A stretch of 64,000 nt of DNA. Origin: Candidatus Xenobia bacterium (lineage in GTDB: Bacteria; Vulcanimicrobiota; Xenobia; Xenobiales; QWHO01). The notes beneath the pieces are model-generated. The model was not told the DNA's origin. It did not search any database and was given only the letters and a program-made list of their open reading frames with translations. The DNA lies in assembly GCA_045863235.1 (NCBI GenBank), contig BTUM01000019.1, positions 18,691-82,690 on the forward strand, written 5' to 3'. Of the stretch, positions 8,592-16,638 are shown piece after piece. The translations under genes were made by a program, and so were the position numbers. Each line of letters begins with the position of its first letter. The stretch's first letter is position 1.

Positions 8592-10523
8592 TTACTCCAC
8601 CATCGTGATCGAAGTCGCGCCGGGGCCCAACGGGATCCGGCGGTCCACCGTCTCGCGGGTGGCGCTGACGACGACCACCTCGCCCTGCTCGGTAACGGCC
8701 CAGATCTCGTCTCCCTGCAGGGTGGCGGCCGTCAGCTTGCCCCCTACGGTGACCGCTTTTGACAGGCTCAGCTCGACCGGGGAGAGGGGACCGAGAGTGC
8801 CGCTCTCGTTGACCACCCAGATCTTCTGGCCGTCAGGAGGAACGAGAATGGCGAACGGGCGCGTTCCACCCGTGTCGCGGCCCGTCCTGAGCGCCTCGGC
8901 GCAATTTGGCAGGCGGTAGCTCTGAACGTGACCATCCACGGGCAGAGCCACCAGCAGATTGGACTTGTTGGCCGAGAGCGCCAGCGCTCCGGCACCGGCC
9001 AGGGGAACCTTGAGCAATTCCTTGACCACCGGATAAGGCTCCACGCAGACCAGCTCGTTCCCCGTGAGGCTGGAGAGGTAGAGCTTCCGGCCGCTGAGGT
9101 CCGTGCCGCCCTCGAGAGAAGGAGAGGCACCCGGATCGGGCACGGGAGCATCCAGAGCCATCCCCTGGGCGTCCCTGCCCAGGGCCACCAGGCCAACCAT
9201 GGCGTCCTTGCGCTTGAGCGGGCCGTCCTTTTGCTCGGGCAGAGCTTTAGGATCGAGCGAGACGATGGACACCTGGCCCATCTCGGAGTTCAACAGATAG
9301 AGCAGTTGGCCCGAGGGGTCCATGAGCAAGCGCCGGCAACCCGGGTCGATCTTCAATTCGCCCACGATGCGGTTGCTGCGCGTGTTGATCAGCTTGAGGA
9401 AGCCATTCTCTGTGGAGGCAAAGAGCTTCTTCCCGTCCGGGCTGGAGACCACGGCAAGAAACTTGTCCTGCTCGAGAGGGATACGGGTCAAGACGGTCTT
9501 GTCGGCCCGATTGACCACATAAATGGCGTTACCGCAAGCCACGTAGGCGGCAGCTCCTTGCCTGGCAAGGATGGGGGGGTTGAGCAACTGGTTGGAATAC
9601 CATAGCAAGGCGAGCAGGCCCACCACTTCCAGGGCCACCAGGTAGACCGGCTGCTTGAGAAAGGCCCACAATAGATTCTGCCAGGCGCGCGTATAGCTGT
9701 AGCTCCAGCGGGCGAAACGGGCCAGACCAAAGTTGATTCTGCGGACCTCCACCTTCTCTTGCACGGGAGGGTGGAGCACGTCGTTAAGGTTCTTTTTGAG
9801 CTCTTCGAAGGAGAAATAGAGCCCCTTGTCCTCGGCCGACAGACAACGGTTGATGACCTTGGCGAGCTCGGGGCTGACCGGGTCGGACTGCGAGCAACCA
9901 AAGGGACCGGGCTCCTTGCGGGCCAGAAAGAAAAACACTGTCTCCCCGAACTTGCGGATGTCACTTGCGATGACCGAGGCCTGAGCGGAGAACTCGGGCG
10001 CGTCCTCGTCGCCCAGGAAGCGGTCGAGACCGTAGTTGATCAGCTTGAGCTTGCCTTCCGAGTCGACCATGATGTTGGACGGATCGAGGGCGTCGAAGAT
10101 GAACGGTTTGGGGCGATTGTGCAGGTAGTGCAGCGCGTCGCACAGAGCGATGCCCCACTCGAGCACCTGGGGCTCGGGCTGGCCCTTCACGCTCATCTCG
10201 AGCAGGGTCTTCATGGTGATGCCATCGACCCGCTCGAGCACCACATACTGACGGCGCCCTTCGGAGAAATGGTCGAACATCTTGGTCAGGCCTGGATGAT
10301 CGAACTCGCGCAACACCTCCATGGCCTCTTGCAGCTGCCGGGTGCGCTCGGTCACCTGCTCCTCGCTCAAGGAGGGGTGCGGGATCATCTCTTTGAGAGC
10401 GAATTTCTGATCGTCGGAGGTGCGCTTGGCCACATAGACGCCCCCCTTCTCGCCGAAGGTAAGGGTCTTGACGACCACGTAGCGGCCTTCCGCGAGCTCC
10501 TGGCCAGGGAGTAGCTCTTTCAT
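8592..10523 (-). CDS. Ser/Thr protein kinase-like pseudokinase fused to TM segment and C-terminal beta-propeller
   Basis: 643 aa. Kinase fold with Gly loop and FALKE lysine. Catalytic loop reads FDALDPSNIMV where HRDLKPxN is expected. The DFG motif is replaced by NYG. A TM segment (LVALEVVGLLALLWY) is followed by YVTN/PQQ-like propeller repeats. Confidence 0.75.
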   Translation of the reverse strand: MKELLPGQELAEGRYVVVKTLTFGEKGGVYVAKRTSDDQKFALKEMIPHPSLSEEQVTERTRQLQEAMEVLREFDHPGLTKMFDHFSEGRRQYVVLERVDGITMKTLLEMSVKGQPEPQVLEWGIALCDALHYLHNRPKPFIFDALDPSNIMVDSEGKLKLINYGLDRFLGDEDAPEFSAQASVIASDIRKFGETVFFFLARKEPGPFGCSQSDPVSPELAKVINRCLSAEDKGLYFSFEELKKNLNDVLHPPVQEKVEVRRINFGLARFARWSYSYTRAWQNLLWAFLKQPVYLVALEVVGLLALLWYSNQLLNPPILARQGAAAYVACGNAIYVVNRADKTVLTRIPLEQDKFLAVVSSPDGKKLFASTENGFLKLINTRSNRIVGELKIDPGCRRLLMDPSGQLLYLLNSEMGQVSIVSLDPKALPEQKDGPLKRKDAMVGLVALGRDAQGMALDAPVPDPGASPSLEGGTDLSGRKLYLSSLTGNELVCVEPYPVVKELLKVPLAGAGALALSANKSNLLVALPVDGHVQSYRLPNCAEALRTGRDTGGTRPFAILVPPDGQKIWVVNESGTLGPLSPVELSLSKAVTVGGKLTAATLQGDEIWAVTEQGEVVVVSATRETVDRRIPLGPGATSITMVE

Positions 10524-10656
10524 ACCAGGGGAATGTTCTCAATCTCTCATGCCGGATCCTGCCCGTCAAAATGGCTTAAAAACTCGCATAACGGCCCCAG
10601 CTCTTGAATCGGGCTCAAAGCGGGAAACTCCGCCGAGGGTCCGAACTCCGCCCGCC

Positions 10657-11589
10657 ATGGCGAGCTTTCTGCTCAAGGAGCTGGCCCGGCGGGTGGAGGG
10701 GTCCGTGCTGGGCGATGGCGAGTTGACCATCACCTCGGTGAGCGGCCTGGAGGGCGTGCAGCCGGGCGGGCTGACTTTCATCGAGGAAGCCGGCCGGCTC
10801 GCGGAGGCCGAAACCAGCGGAGCGGTCGCCGTCATCGCCCCTCCGGATGTAGAGTCGAGCCACCTCGCCGTGCTGCGCACACCCCGACCGCGCGTCGCAT
10901 TCGCGCGCCTGTTGGCGCTCTTTCACCCCCGCCCGCCGGTGCACCCGCTCATCCATCCAACCGCCTTCATCCACCCGCAGGCGCGGGTGGCCGCCACCGC
11001 CCACATCGGTCCCTTCTGCTCAGTAGGAGCCGGGTCGGAGGTGGGCGAGGGTGTCGAACTGGTGGCCCGTGTCACCCTGGAAGAGGAAGTCATCCTGGAG
11101 AGGGGGGTCTGGCTGCAAGCCGGGGTGGTCGTCAAGCGGGGCGCGCGGCTTGGCCCGGAATGCTCTCTGTTACCCCACTCGGTGGTGGGTCCGAGGAGCG
11201 TTCTGGGCCCCCGAGTCGAGACGGGCGCTCGGGTCGTCATTGGAGCCGAGGTCAGCATCGGAGAAGGCAGCAAGCTGGATAACCTGGTCCTGGTAGGAGC
11301 TGGCTCGAAGTTGGGCCGCCACGTGCTGATGGTGGGACACAGTATGGTGCTGACCGGCTGCGAACTGGGCGACTACAGTGTCGTGGCCGCCCAGTCGGTG
11401 GTTCTGCCGGGCGTGAAGCTGGGGGCCCAGGTGCAACTCGCGGCTCGCTCCTTTGCCGATCAAGACCTTCCCAAAGCGGGCACCTACTCGGGCGACCCGG
11501 CCCAACCTCATCGTCAGGAGATGGTCTTCAAGGCCCTTCAGGGGAAGGCTGCCGAGCTCTGGCAGGGCTTAAAAAGGGTCCGCAGGTAA
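10657..11589 (+). CDS. lpxD: UDP-3-O-acylglucosamine N-acyltransferase
   Basis: Left-handed beta-helix hexapeptide repeats with the LpxD N-terminal domain (LKELARRVEGSVLGDGELTITSVSGLE..). Start taken at MASFLLKE. Confidence 0.8.
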   Translation: MASFLLKELARRVEGSVLGDGELTITSVSGLEGVQPGGLTFIEEAGRLAEAETSGAVAVIAPPDVESSHLAVLRTPRPRVAFARLLALFHPRPPVHPLIHPTAFIHPQARVAATAHIGPFCSVGAGSEVGEGVELVARVTLEEEVILERGVWLQAGVVVKRGARLGPECSLLPHSVVGPRSVLGPRVETGARVVIGAEVSIGEGSKLDNLVLVGAGSKLGRHVLMVGHSMVLTGCELGDYSVVAAQSVVLPGVKLGAQVQLAARSFADQDLPKAGTYSGDPAQPHRQEMVFKALQGKAAELWQGLKRVRR

Positions 11590-12313
11590 GGGCCAGCAGG
11601 ATCCAACCCAGAATCCCCGAGAGCGGATCGCCTGACAGGCCCCAGAACCAGGAGCTGTCCAACCGTCCCGGCGGGTCGACGATCTGGATGAAAACCCAGG
11701 TGGTGTGGACCCCGATGGCCATCCAGAGTGAGCCGGTTCGTTCGACCAGAAGAGCCAGGAAGATTCCGGCCAGCACCAGAGACACTCCGAAGGCCAGTTT
11801 CCACTCGGTTGTTCCAGGGCGAAACAGATGGAGAACCGCAAAGAAGAGGTTCACGCCCAGATAGGCGGCCGGTCGCCCCCACTCCTCGCGGGCCACCTGG
11901 AACAGGTAGCCGCGGAACACGACCTCCTCGGCGATGGCCATGAGCGGTGCCGCGATCAGCGCCGCCAGAAGGGGGGGATCGGGGGGCGGGGTCCAGCGAC
12001 CGAAGAGGGTTAAGATCAACCGCGAACCAACGATCATCCCCGTGCCCAGCAAGATTCCGGTGGTGAACAGGCGCACCCAGCCCGGGCGCATTGCCAGGCT
12101 GGCCGAGCCCGGCCGCGGACCCCAGCGCCGCCAGCTGTAGGAGGTGCTGAAGAGCAGCCAACAGTAAAGGGCGATCAGATAGCCGTCTTTCCAGGCGCGT
12201 GGCCCGTGGCGACTGAGCAAAATGGTGGGCTCGCCCAGAATCAGTCCCGGGATGAGCCAGGCCGCCACCCAGCCAACGGCCAGCAGACCCAGGAAAGCGC
12301 CGATCCGTTTCAA
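11528..12313 (-). CDS. CPBP (CAAX) family intramembrane metalloprotease
   Basis: Multiple TM helices, the EEVVFRGYLF motif and a downstream FxxxH motif. Its 3' end overlaps lpxD convergently. Confidence 0.75.
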   Translation of the reverse strand: MKRIGAFLGLLAVGWVAAWLIPGLILGEPTILLSRHGPRAWKDGYLIALYCWLLFSTSYSWRRWGPRPGSASLAMRPGWVRLFTTGILLGTGMIVGSRLILTLFGRWTPPPDPPLLAALIAAPLMAIAEEVVFRGYLFQVAREEWGRPAAYLGVNLFFAVLHLFRPGTTEWKLAFGVSLVLAGIFLALLVERTGSLWMAIGVHTTWVFIQIVDPPGRLDSSWFWGLSGDPLSGILGWILLALTCGPFLSPARARQPSPEGP

Positions 12314-13467
12314 GGAGGTGGTTGGCCGTGGGCCAGCGATTCTATCCAGGCCGCCATCCGGGCCGCGCCCCCCGGCGGACCCATGCGCTCACGTCCCACC
12401 GCGCCGCGCCGGTGACGCTCCTCAGGGTCGCGCAGCAGCCTGGACAGAGCGGCGACGATGACTTCGGGACGGTCCTCCACCACCTCCACAGCCTCCCCCA
12501 AGAGGCCCTTCTGGCGGAAACGATACCAGCTCATCCTCTTCTCGCCGCCGGGCCCGTAGGCAAGTACCGGCAACCCCTTGCCGGCGGCCTGCTCGTTTGC
12601 CGTTCCGGCCTGGCCCAGCACGAGCTGGCAGTGAGCCAGCACATCTCCCAGGACTCGCCGCACCAATAGCACGGAGGGCAGACCCTCCCGGCACAGCTCG
12701 CCCACCATGCCACGCTCGGTCGGAGAAGCATTCAGCTGCCACCCGGGGGGAACCAGCCGCTCCAATTGAAGACTATCAGCCACGACCACCACGGCCCGCG
12801 CCCGGTCGCCCCCCTGCCAGAGGAGCCCGTAGACGTCGAGCATCCGGGCCAGTTCGGCGTACGCCTCCACCCGGCTGCCCGGGAAGAGAGCTATCCAGGG
12901 CAAGTTGCCGTTGAGGGGCAGATCGATGCCGGTGGGCTCAAGAGCGTCCATCATCGGGTTTCCCACCCAGGCCGCTCGAATGCCCGCTCGACGCAGGTCG
13001 GCCGCGGTCGGCTCGTCGCGGGTCAGCACCCGATCGGCCAGTTGCCGCATAGCCAGTCGCTCGAACCAGGAGTAACGATGGTGGACGACCGACTTGGCGG
13101 TGCCGATGAAGAGGAGTGGTCGCAACCCTGCAAAGGCGTTGAGCAGGGCAAAGACATCTCCCACCACCACGAAGAGCTGGTACTGGCGCCGCACCTGGCG
13201 CAAGAAGCGAAACTGGCGCAAAAGCAGGGTGAGCAGACCACTGCGGAGATCGCGGGTGATGTGACTGAGCGGAGAATCGTTGACCAGCCCCCCGCTGGGC
13301 ATCGGAGCCTGGCGCGGTCCAACCAGCGGTAGCACGCCCTGATAAGCGGCTCCCTGACCCACCGTGGGCATGGCCTCAGCCTCGACCCGATTCAGACGCG
13401 ATCCGATCAAGCTGGCGATCGCATCCTCGCCGGCGCCGTTGGAGATGAACAGCACCCGGGGGCGCAT
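12310..13467 (-). CDS. Lipid-A-disaccharide synthase-related glycosyltransferase (LpxB-like paralog)
   Basis: 385 aa GT-B-like protein with an N-terminal VLFISNGAGEDAIA motif resembling the LpxB-related family. Distinct from the canonical lpxB at 16639-17802. Confidence 0.55.
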   Translation of the reverse strand: MRPRVLFISNGAGEDAIASLIGSRLNRVEAEAMPTVGQGAAYQGVLPLVGPRQAPMPSGGLVNDSPLSHITRDLRSGLLTLLLRQFRFLRQVRRQYQLFVVVGDVFALLNAFAGLRPLLFIGTAKSVVHHRYSWFERLAMRQLADRVLTRDEPTAADLRRAGIRAAWVGNPMMDALEPTGIDLPLNGNLPWIALFPGSRVEAYAELARMLDVYGLLWQGGDRARAVVVVADSLQLERLVPPGWQLNASPTERGMVGELCREGLPSVLLVRRVLGDVLAHCQLVLGQAGTANEQAAGKGLPVLAYGPGGEKRMSWYRFRQKGLLGEAVEVVEDRPEVIVAALSRLLRDPEERHRRGAVGRERMGPPGGAARMAAWIESLAHGQPPP

Positions 13468-14247
13468 TCAGGCCACCAGGGCTGGGGAGTGTAACCGATA
13501 CTCCAGTTGCCCTGACCCCAGACGCAACTCGGCCAAATAACGGCTGTGGCTCCCGGCCTGCACGATGGGTACTCCCCCCACCCGATGAGGCTCTTCCAGC
13601 ACGGTGTGGCTGTGGGCGCCTAAAATCAGGTCGACTCGGGGCAGTCGGGGCGCGATCCGGCAGTCCACCTCAAATCCCAGATGGGAAAGGAGCAAGACCA
13701 GGTCGCAACGCGGGCGCATCTCCTCCACCAACTGGGGCAGACAATCCTCGGGCTGAAAGAATCGTAGCCCGAAAAGGCGTTCCCACAGCGAGCCATGGGG
13801 ATACTGCACCACCGTGGCCCCGATCAGCCCCACTTTCAAATCCTCGACCTGAAACTCCAGCACCGATTGCCACAGATCGTGATGGGCGTTTCGCAGGTCG
13901 ATCAGGTTGGCGGCCAGCAAAGGAAAACGACGCTGGTCTCGACGCCAGCCCATCACCCGGCGCAGGTAATGGAGTTCGCGATTGCCCATGGCCATGGCGG
14001 CGAAGCCCAGCTCGCGCATCTGATCGAGGACCGGCTCATGACGCCGGTACACAGTGTTGGAGCCGCAGAGGGCATCGCCCCCATCCAGCAGCAGGGTGCG
14101 GGCGTCGCGCGGCTGGCGAGCCAGCAGGTCCAGACTGGCCGTCCGGCCATGCATGTCGTTGGTGTAGAGCAGCCTCAGGTCGGCCACATCAACCCCGGGA
14201 GAGCTTTCCGAGCACCAGGGGGAGTGAGGATCCGAGCAACCAGCCAA
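13468..14247 (-). CDS. Calcineurin-like metallophosphoesterase
   Basis: Metal-binding motifs LLYTNDMHGR, DGGD and GNRE. A possible GTG start at 14185-14187 overlaps the stop of the upstream gene. Confidence 0.7.
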   Translation of the reverse strand: MAGCSDPHSPWCSESSPGVDVADLRLLYTNDMHGRTASLDLLARQPRDARTLLLDGGDALCGSNTVYRRHEPVLDQMRELGFAAMAMGNRELHYLRRVMGWRRDQRRFPLLAANLIDLRNAHHDLWQSVLEFQVEDLKVGLIGATVVQYPHGSLWERLFGLRFFQPEDCLPQLVEEMRPRCDLVLLLSHLGFEVDCRIAPRLPRVDLILGAHSHTVLEEPHRVGGVPIVQAGSHSRYLAELRLGSGQLEYRLHSPALVA

Positions 14248-14767
14248 CGGCCGCGCCCAGAAACGACCCCGTAACTTGATACAGAGCCCAGCAACCGAGC
14301 GCCCCGCCGGCCCAATTCATGACGAAAGCCAGAGGGGAGAGAAAGATGGAGAAGCCCAGCGCCCCCCCCAGAAGTCCTCCCCCCAACCCCGACAGGGCGC
14401 CCGCTCCCAGGTTCAGCAGGCGACTCCCCAATACTGCCCCCTCCCAGGAGGCCAGGGCAAGCCCGGTCAGGGCGGGGGGAGCAGGCGGATTGAGATTGGC
14501 GCCGGTCAAGAAGGCAGCGAGAAACCCGCACAGACCGAATCCCACGATGGAAAGCAAGCGCTGGCCGGGGGTGATGCCGGGAGATCCGGCGGGCTGGTCC
14601 TGAACGCCTCCAATAGGGGCGTCCTCCTGCTCCTGGCCATCCTGTGCCAGTTGGGCTTCGAGCTCCTTGCGCTTGCGTTTCTTCTTGCTCACAGCACTGT
14701 CCCTGTCAAGCGCAGCTTCCAGAGCAGGATGCTCCAGGCCACGGTCAACCAGGCGAAGGTCGACCAC
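14189..14767 (-). CDS. Hypothetical Gly/Ala/Leu-rich membrane protein
   Basis: ORF with a charged N-terminus (KKKRKRKELEAQ) and then several hydrophobic glycine-rich segments. No recognisable family. Confidence 0.35.
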   Translation of the reverse strand: MVDLRLVDRGLEHPALEAALDRDSAVSKKKRKRKELEAQLAQDGQEQEDAPIGGVQDQPAGSPGITPGQRLLSIVGFGLCGFLAAFLTGANLNPPAPPALTGLALASWEGAVLGSRLLNLGAGALSGLGGGLLGGALGFSIFLSPLAFVMNWAGGALGCWALYQVTGSFLGAAVGWLLGSSLPLVLGKLSRG

Positions 14768-15273
14768 TCAAAACGTAGAGCCGTCTTGAGGCAGAAGGTG
14801 CCTTCCCCGCCGGACCAGCCGGTCAGGCGAGGCAGCAGGGCCGGCACGCTCCGGCAATACTGCTCATAGGTCTCGCCAAACTGCTTGCGCAAGAAGCCCT
14901 CTTCCAGCGGGATGATGGTCGTGTAGATGCCCGTGTGAATGCCAACCGCCGCCAGGAAGACCCAGGGACCCACCGAGCCCATGCCGGCTGTGGCCGCCAG
15001 GGCCACCCCGGCCCCGTTGAGCAGGTTGCCCAGATAGAGGGGATTGCGTAGATAGGAGTACGGCCCGGCGGTGATCAACCGGGGCGCGTCGAGGTACTGC
15101 CGGCGAGTGGGAAGCCCGGTGTAGCCCAGGGCCCACAGCCGGAGAAGCTCGCCCATGAAAGCCAGGCAGGCGCCCAGCATCAGGCCGGTCGGGCTGGGGC
15201 GGCTGTAGTAGAGCACCAGCACGCCGGTGACTCCGGCCAGGGCTCCTCTCCAACGAAACACAAATTCACGCAT
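14689..15273 (-). CDS. ICMT/PEMT-family membrane methyltransferase
   Basis: TM helices plus the C-terminal GPYSYLRNPLYLGNLL motif typical of isoprenylcysteine carboxyl methyltransferase-like enzymes. Start taken at the internal MREFVF. Confidence 0.7.
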   Translation of the reverse strand: MREFVFRWRGALAGVTGVLVLYYSRPSPTGLMLGACLAFMGELLRLWALGYTGLPTRRQYLDAPRLITAGPYSYLRNPLYLGNLLNGAGVALAATAGMGSVGPWVFLAAVGIHTGIYTTIIPLEEGFLRKQFGETYEQYCRSVPALLPRLTGWSGGEGTFCLKTALRFEWSTFAWLTVAWSILLWKLRLTGTVL

Positions 15274-16504
15274 ACTGCTTTGCCAGGGGCAGACCGAGGG
15301 TCTCGAGAATTTGGTCCGCCAGCCTTTCCCCCGCACCCGGAGCTCCCATCAGAACGCGCAACTCGCGGGAGAGCTGCGCGCGACGCTCGGAATCTCGAGC
15401 CAACTCCTCCAGAACGCTTATCAACGGCTCCAGAGAATCCTGCAAGAGCACCTCGGGAACCAGCTTGCGCCCGGCCCTGAGGTTCGGTTGCGCCACACCG
15501 TGGGGAAACCTCAAATACTCCCTCAGCCGGAGCTGTTCCTTCCAGGCTCCGAGAGGCATCAGGTCGAGCAGCCCCCCCAGGCCTCCGCGCGGGAGCGGAG
15601 CGCGAGTCGATAGAACCAGCACCATCGGGCATCCTGCGCAGGCGAGCTCAGCCGTATTCGTGCCCGGGATGGTCAGGGCCAGATCGAGCGCTCCCATCGA
15701 CTGGTGGGGCCTGCCCTGGGTCAGTGCGATCTCCAGGCCGGCGCGAGTTCTCAGGCTCTTCAGACCGAACTGGCCCGAGCTGCGCTCCAGTCCCAGGTCG
15801 ATGGGGTGGTCCAGTGCCTGTTGGGCGGCCGCCAGGCTGACGAAGGGCGAAAGAACCAGCAAGAACTGGAACTCCGGGTGGCTGCTGGTGAGCTTCTCAG
15901 CAACGCGCAAAAAGAGCGGCAGAGCGGCCCGCAGATGGACTGCGCGCGAGCCCGGGAAAAGTCCCAGCACGGGCCGGTCCATTGCCAGGCCCAGCGCCTG
16001 GCGCGCACCCTCCCGACTCTCGGGCAGGGACACACCGTCCACCATCAGGTTGCCCACGCAAACGATGCGCTGAGGGGCTACCCCGCGCGCGACCAGGGGG
16101 GCGACCAGCTCCGGACTGGGCACGGCCACACGCTGGAAAGCGCGGGCCTGACGGCTTGGGCGCACCGAGTAGGCCAGACCGGGCACGCCCCAGAGGTGGG
16201 CCAGACGGCCGGCCTGCCACAACTCTCCGCCCAGGAAGACGACAATGGCCTGCCTGGAAGGCCGGAAACCAGACATCCCCAGCAACAGGCGCAGAGTCTC
16301 TCGGGGAGCCAGGACGCTGGTCAAGCCAGGCAACTGGCCAGCATACTCCATTTCGCGACCGCTGGCATAAGGACAGGGAACCAGGGCCACGTGCAGACGA
16401 AGATCGCTCTGGCGAGCCAGCAGGGCCTGGCTGGTGACGCGCACCCACGAGGAGAGCTCGCCCGGCGAATTCGAGGTCATGATGATGTCGGGCATCGCGA
16501 GCAA
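15266..16504 (-). CDS. Lipid-A-disaccharide synthase-related glycosyltransferase (second LpxB-like paralog)
   Basis: 412 aa GT-B-like protein. N-terminus IIMTSNSPGELSSWV is analogous to the 12310-13467 paralog. Confidence 0.5.
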   Translation of the reverse strand: MLAMPDIIMTSNSPGELSSWVRVTSQALLARQSDLRLHVALVPCPYASGREMEYAGQLPGLTSVLAPRETLRLLLGMSGFRPSRQAIVVFLGGELWQAGRLAHLWGVPGLAYSVRPSRQARAFQRVAVPSPELVAPLVARGVAPQRIVCVGNLMVDGVSLPESREGARQALGLAMDRPVLGLFPGSRAVHLRAALPLFLRVAEKLTSSHPEFQFLLVLSPFVSLAAAQQALDHPIDLGLERSSGQFGLKSLRTRAGLEIALTQGRPHQSMGALDLALTIPGTNTAELACAGCPMVLVLSTRAPLPRGGLGGLLDLMPLGAWKEQLRLREYLRFPHGVAQPNLRAGRKLVPEVLLQDSLEPLISVLEELARDSERRAQLSRELRVLMGAPGAGERLADQILETLGLPLAKQYA

Positions 16505-16638
16505 TGTAGTGCATTTGCGGCCGCTTGTCGACCAGGCCCCAGCAGCTCCTCGCGGAATTCTGCATCACTCCGCCAGCAGTCCGGCTATCTTCGGAGGTGC
16601 TAGGGCATTGGCGCGGCGCCCCTACAGTGCTGAGCAGG

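Noticed and set aside
14189-14767. The Gly-rich membrane ORF was considered as a possible antisense artefact
   Set aside because: It is kept as a low-confidence feature because it has a charged N-terminus plus coherent hydrophobic segments and fits the operon packing, but it has no family support.
16505-16638. Cluster of NotI, SalI, EcoRI and PstI sites within about 180 bp (gcggccgcttgtcgacc ... gcggaattctgca ... ctctgcagg). This was considered as possible cloning-vector polylinker contamination.
   Set aside because: GC-rich 6-8-mers such as NotI and SalI are frequent at about 68% GC. No vector backbone sequence flanks the region, the reading frames on both sides are intact, and the lpx genes are contiguous. 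The cluster is likely coincidental.
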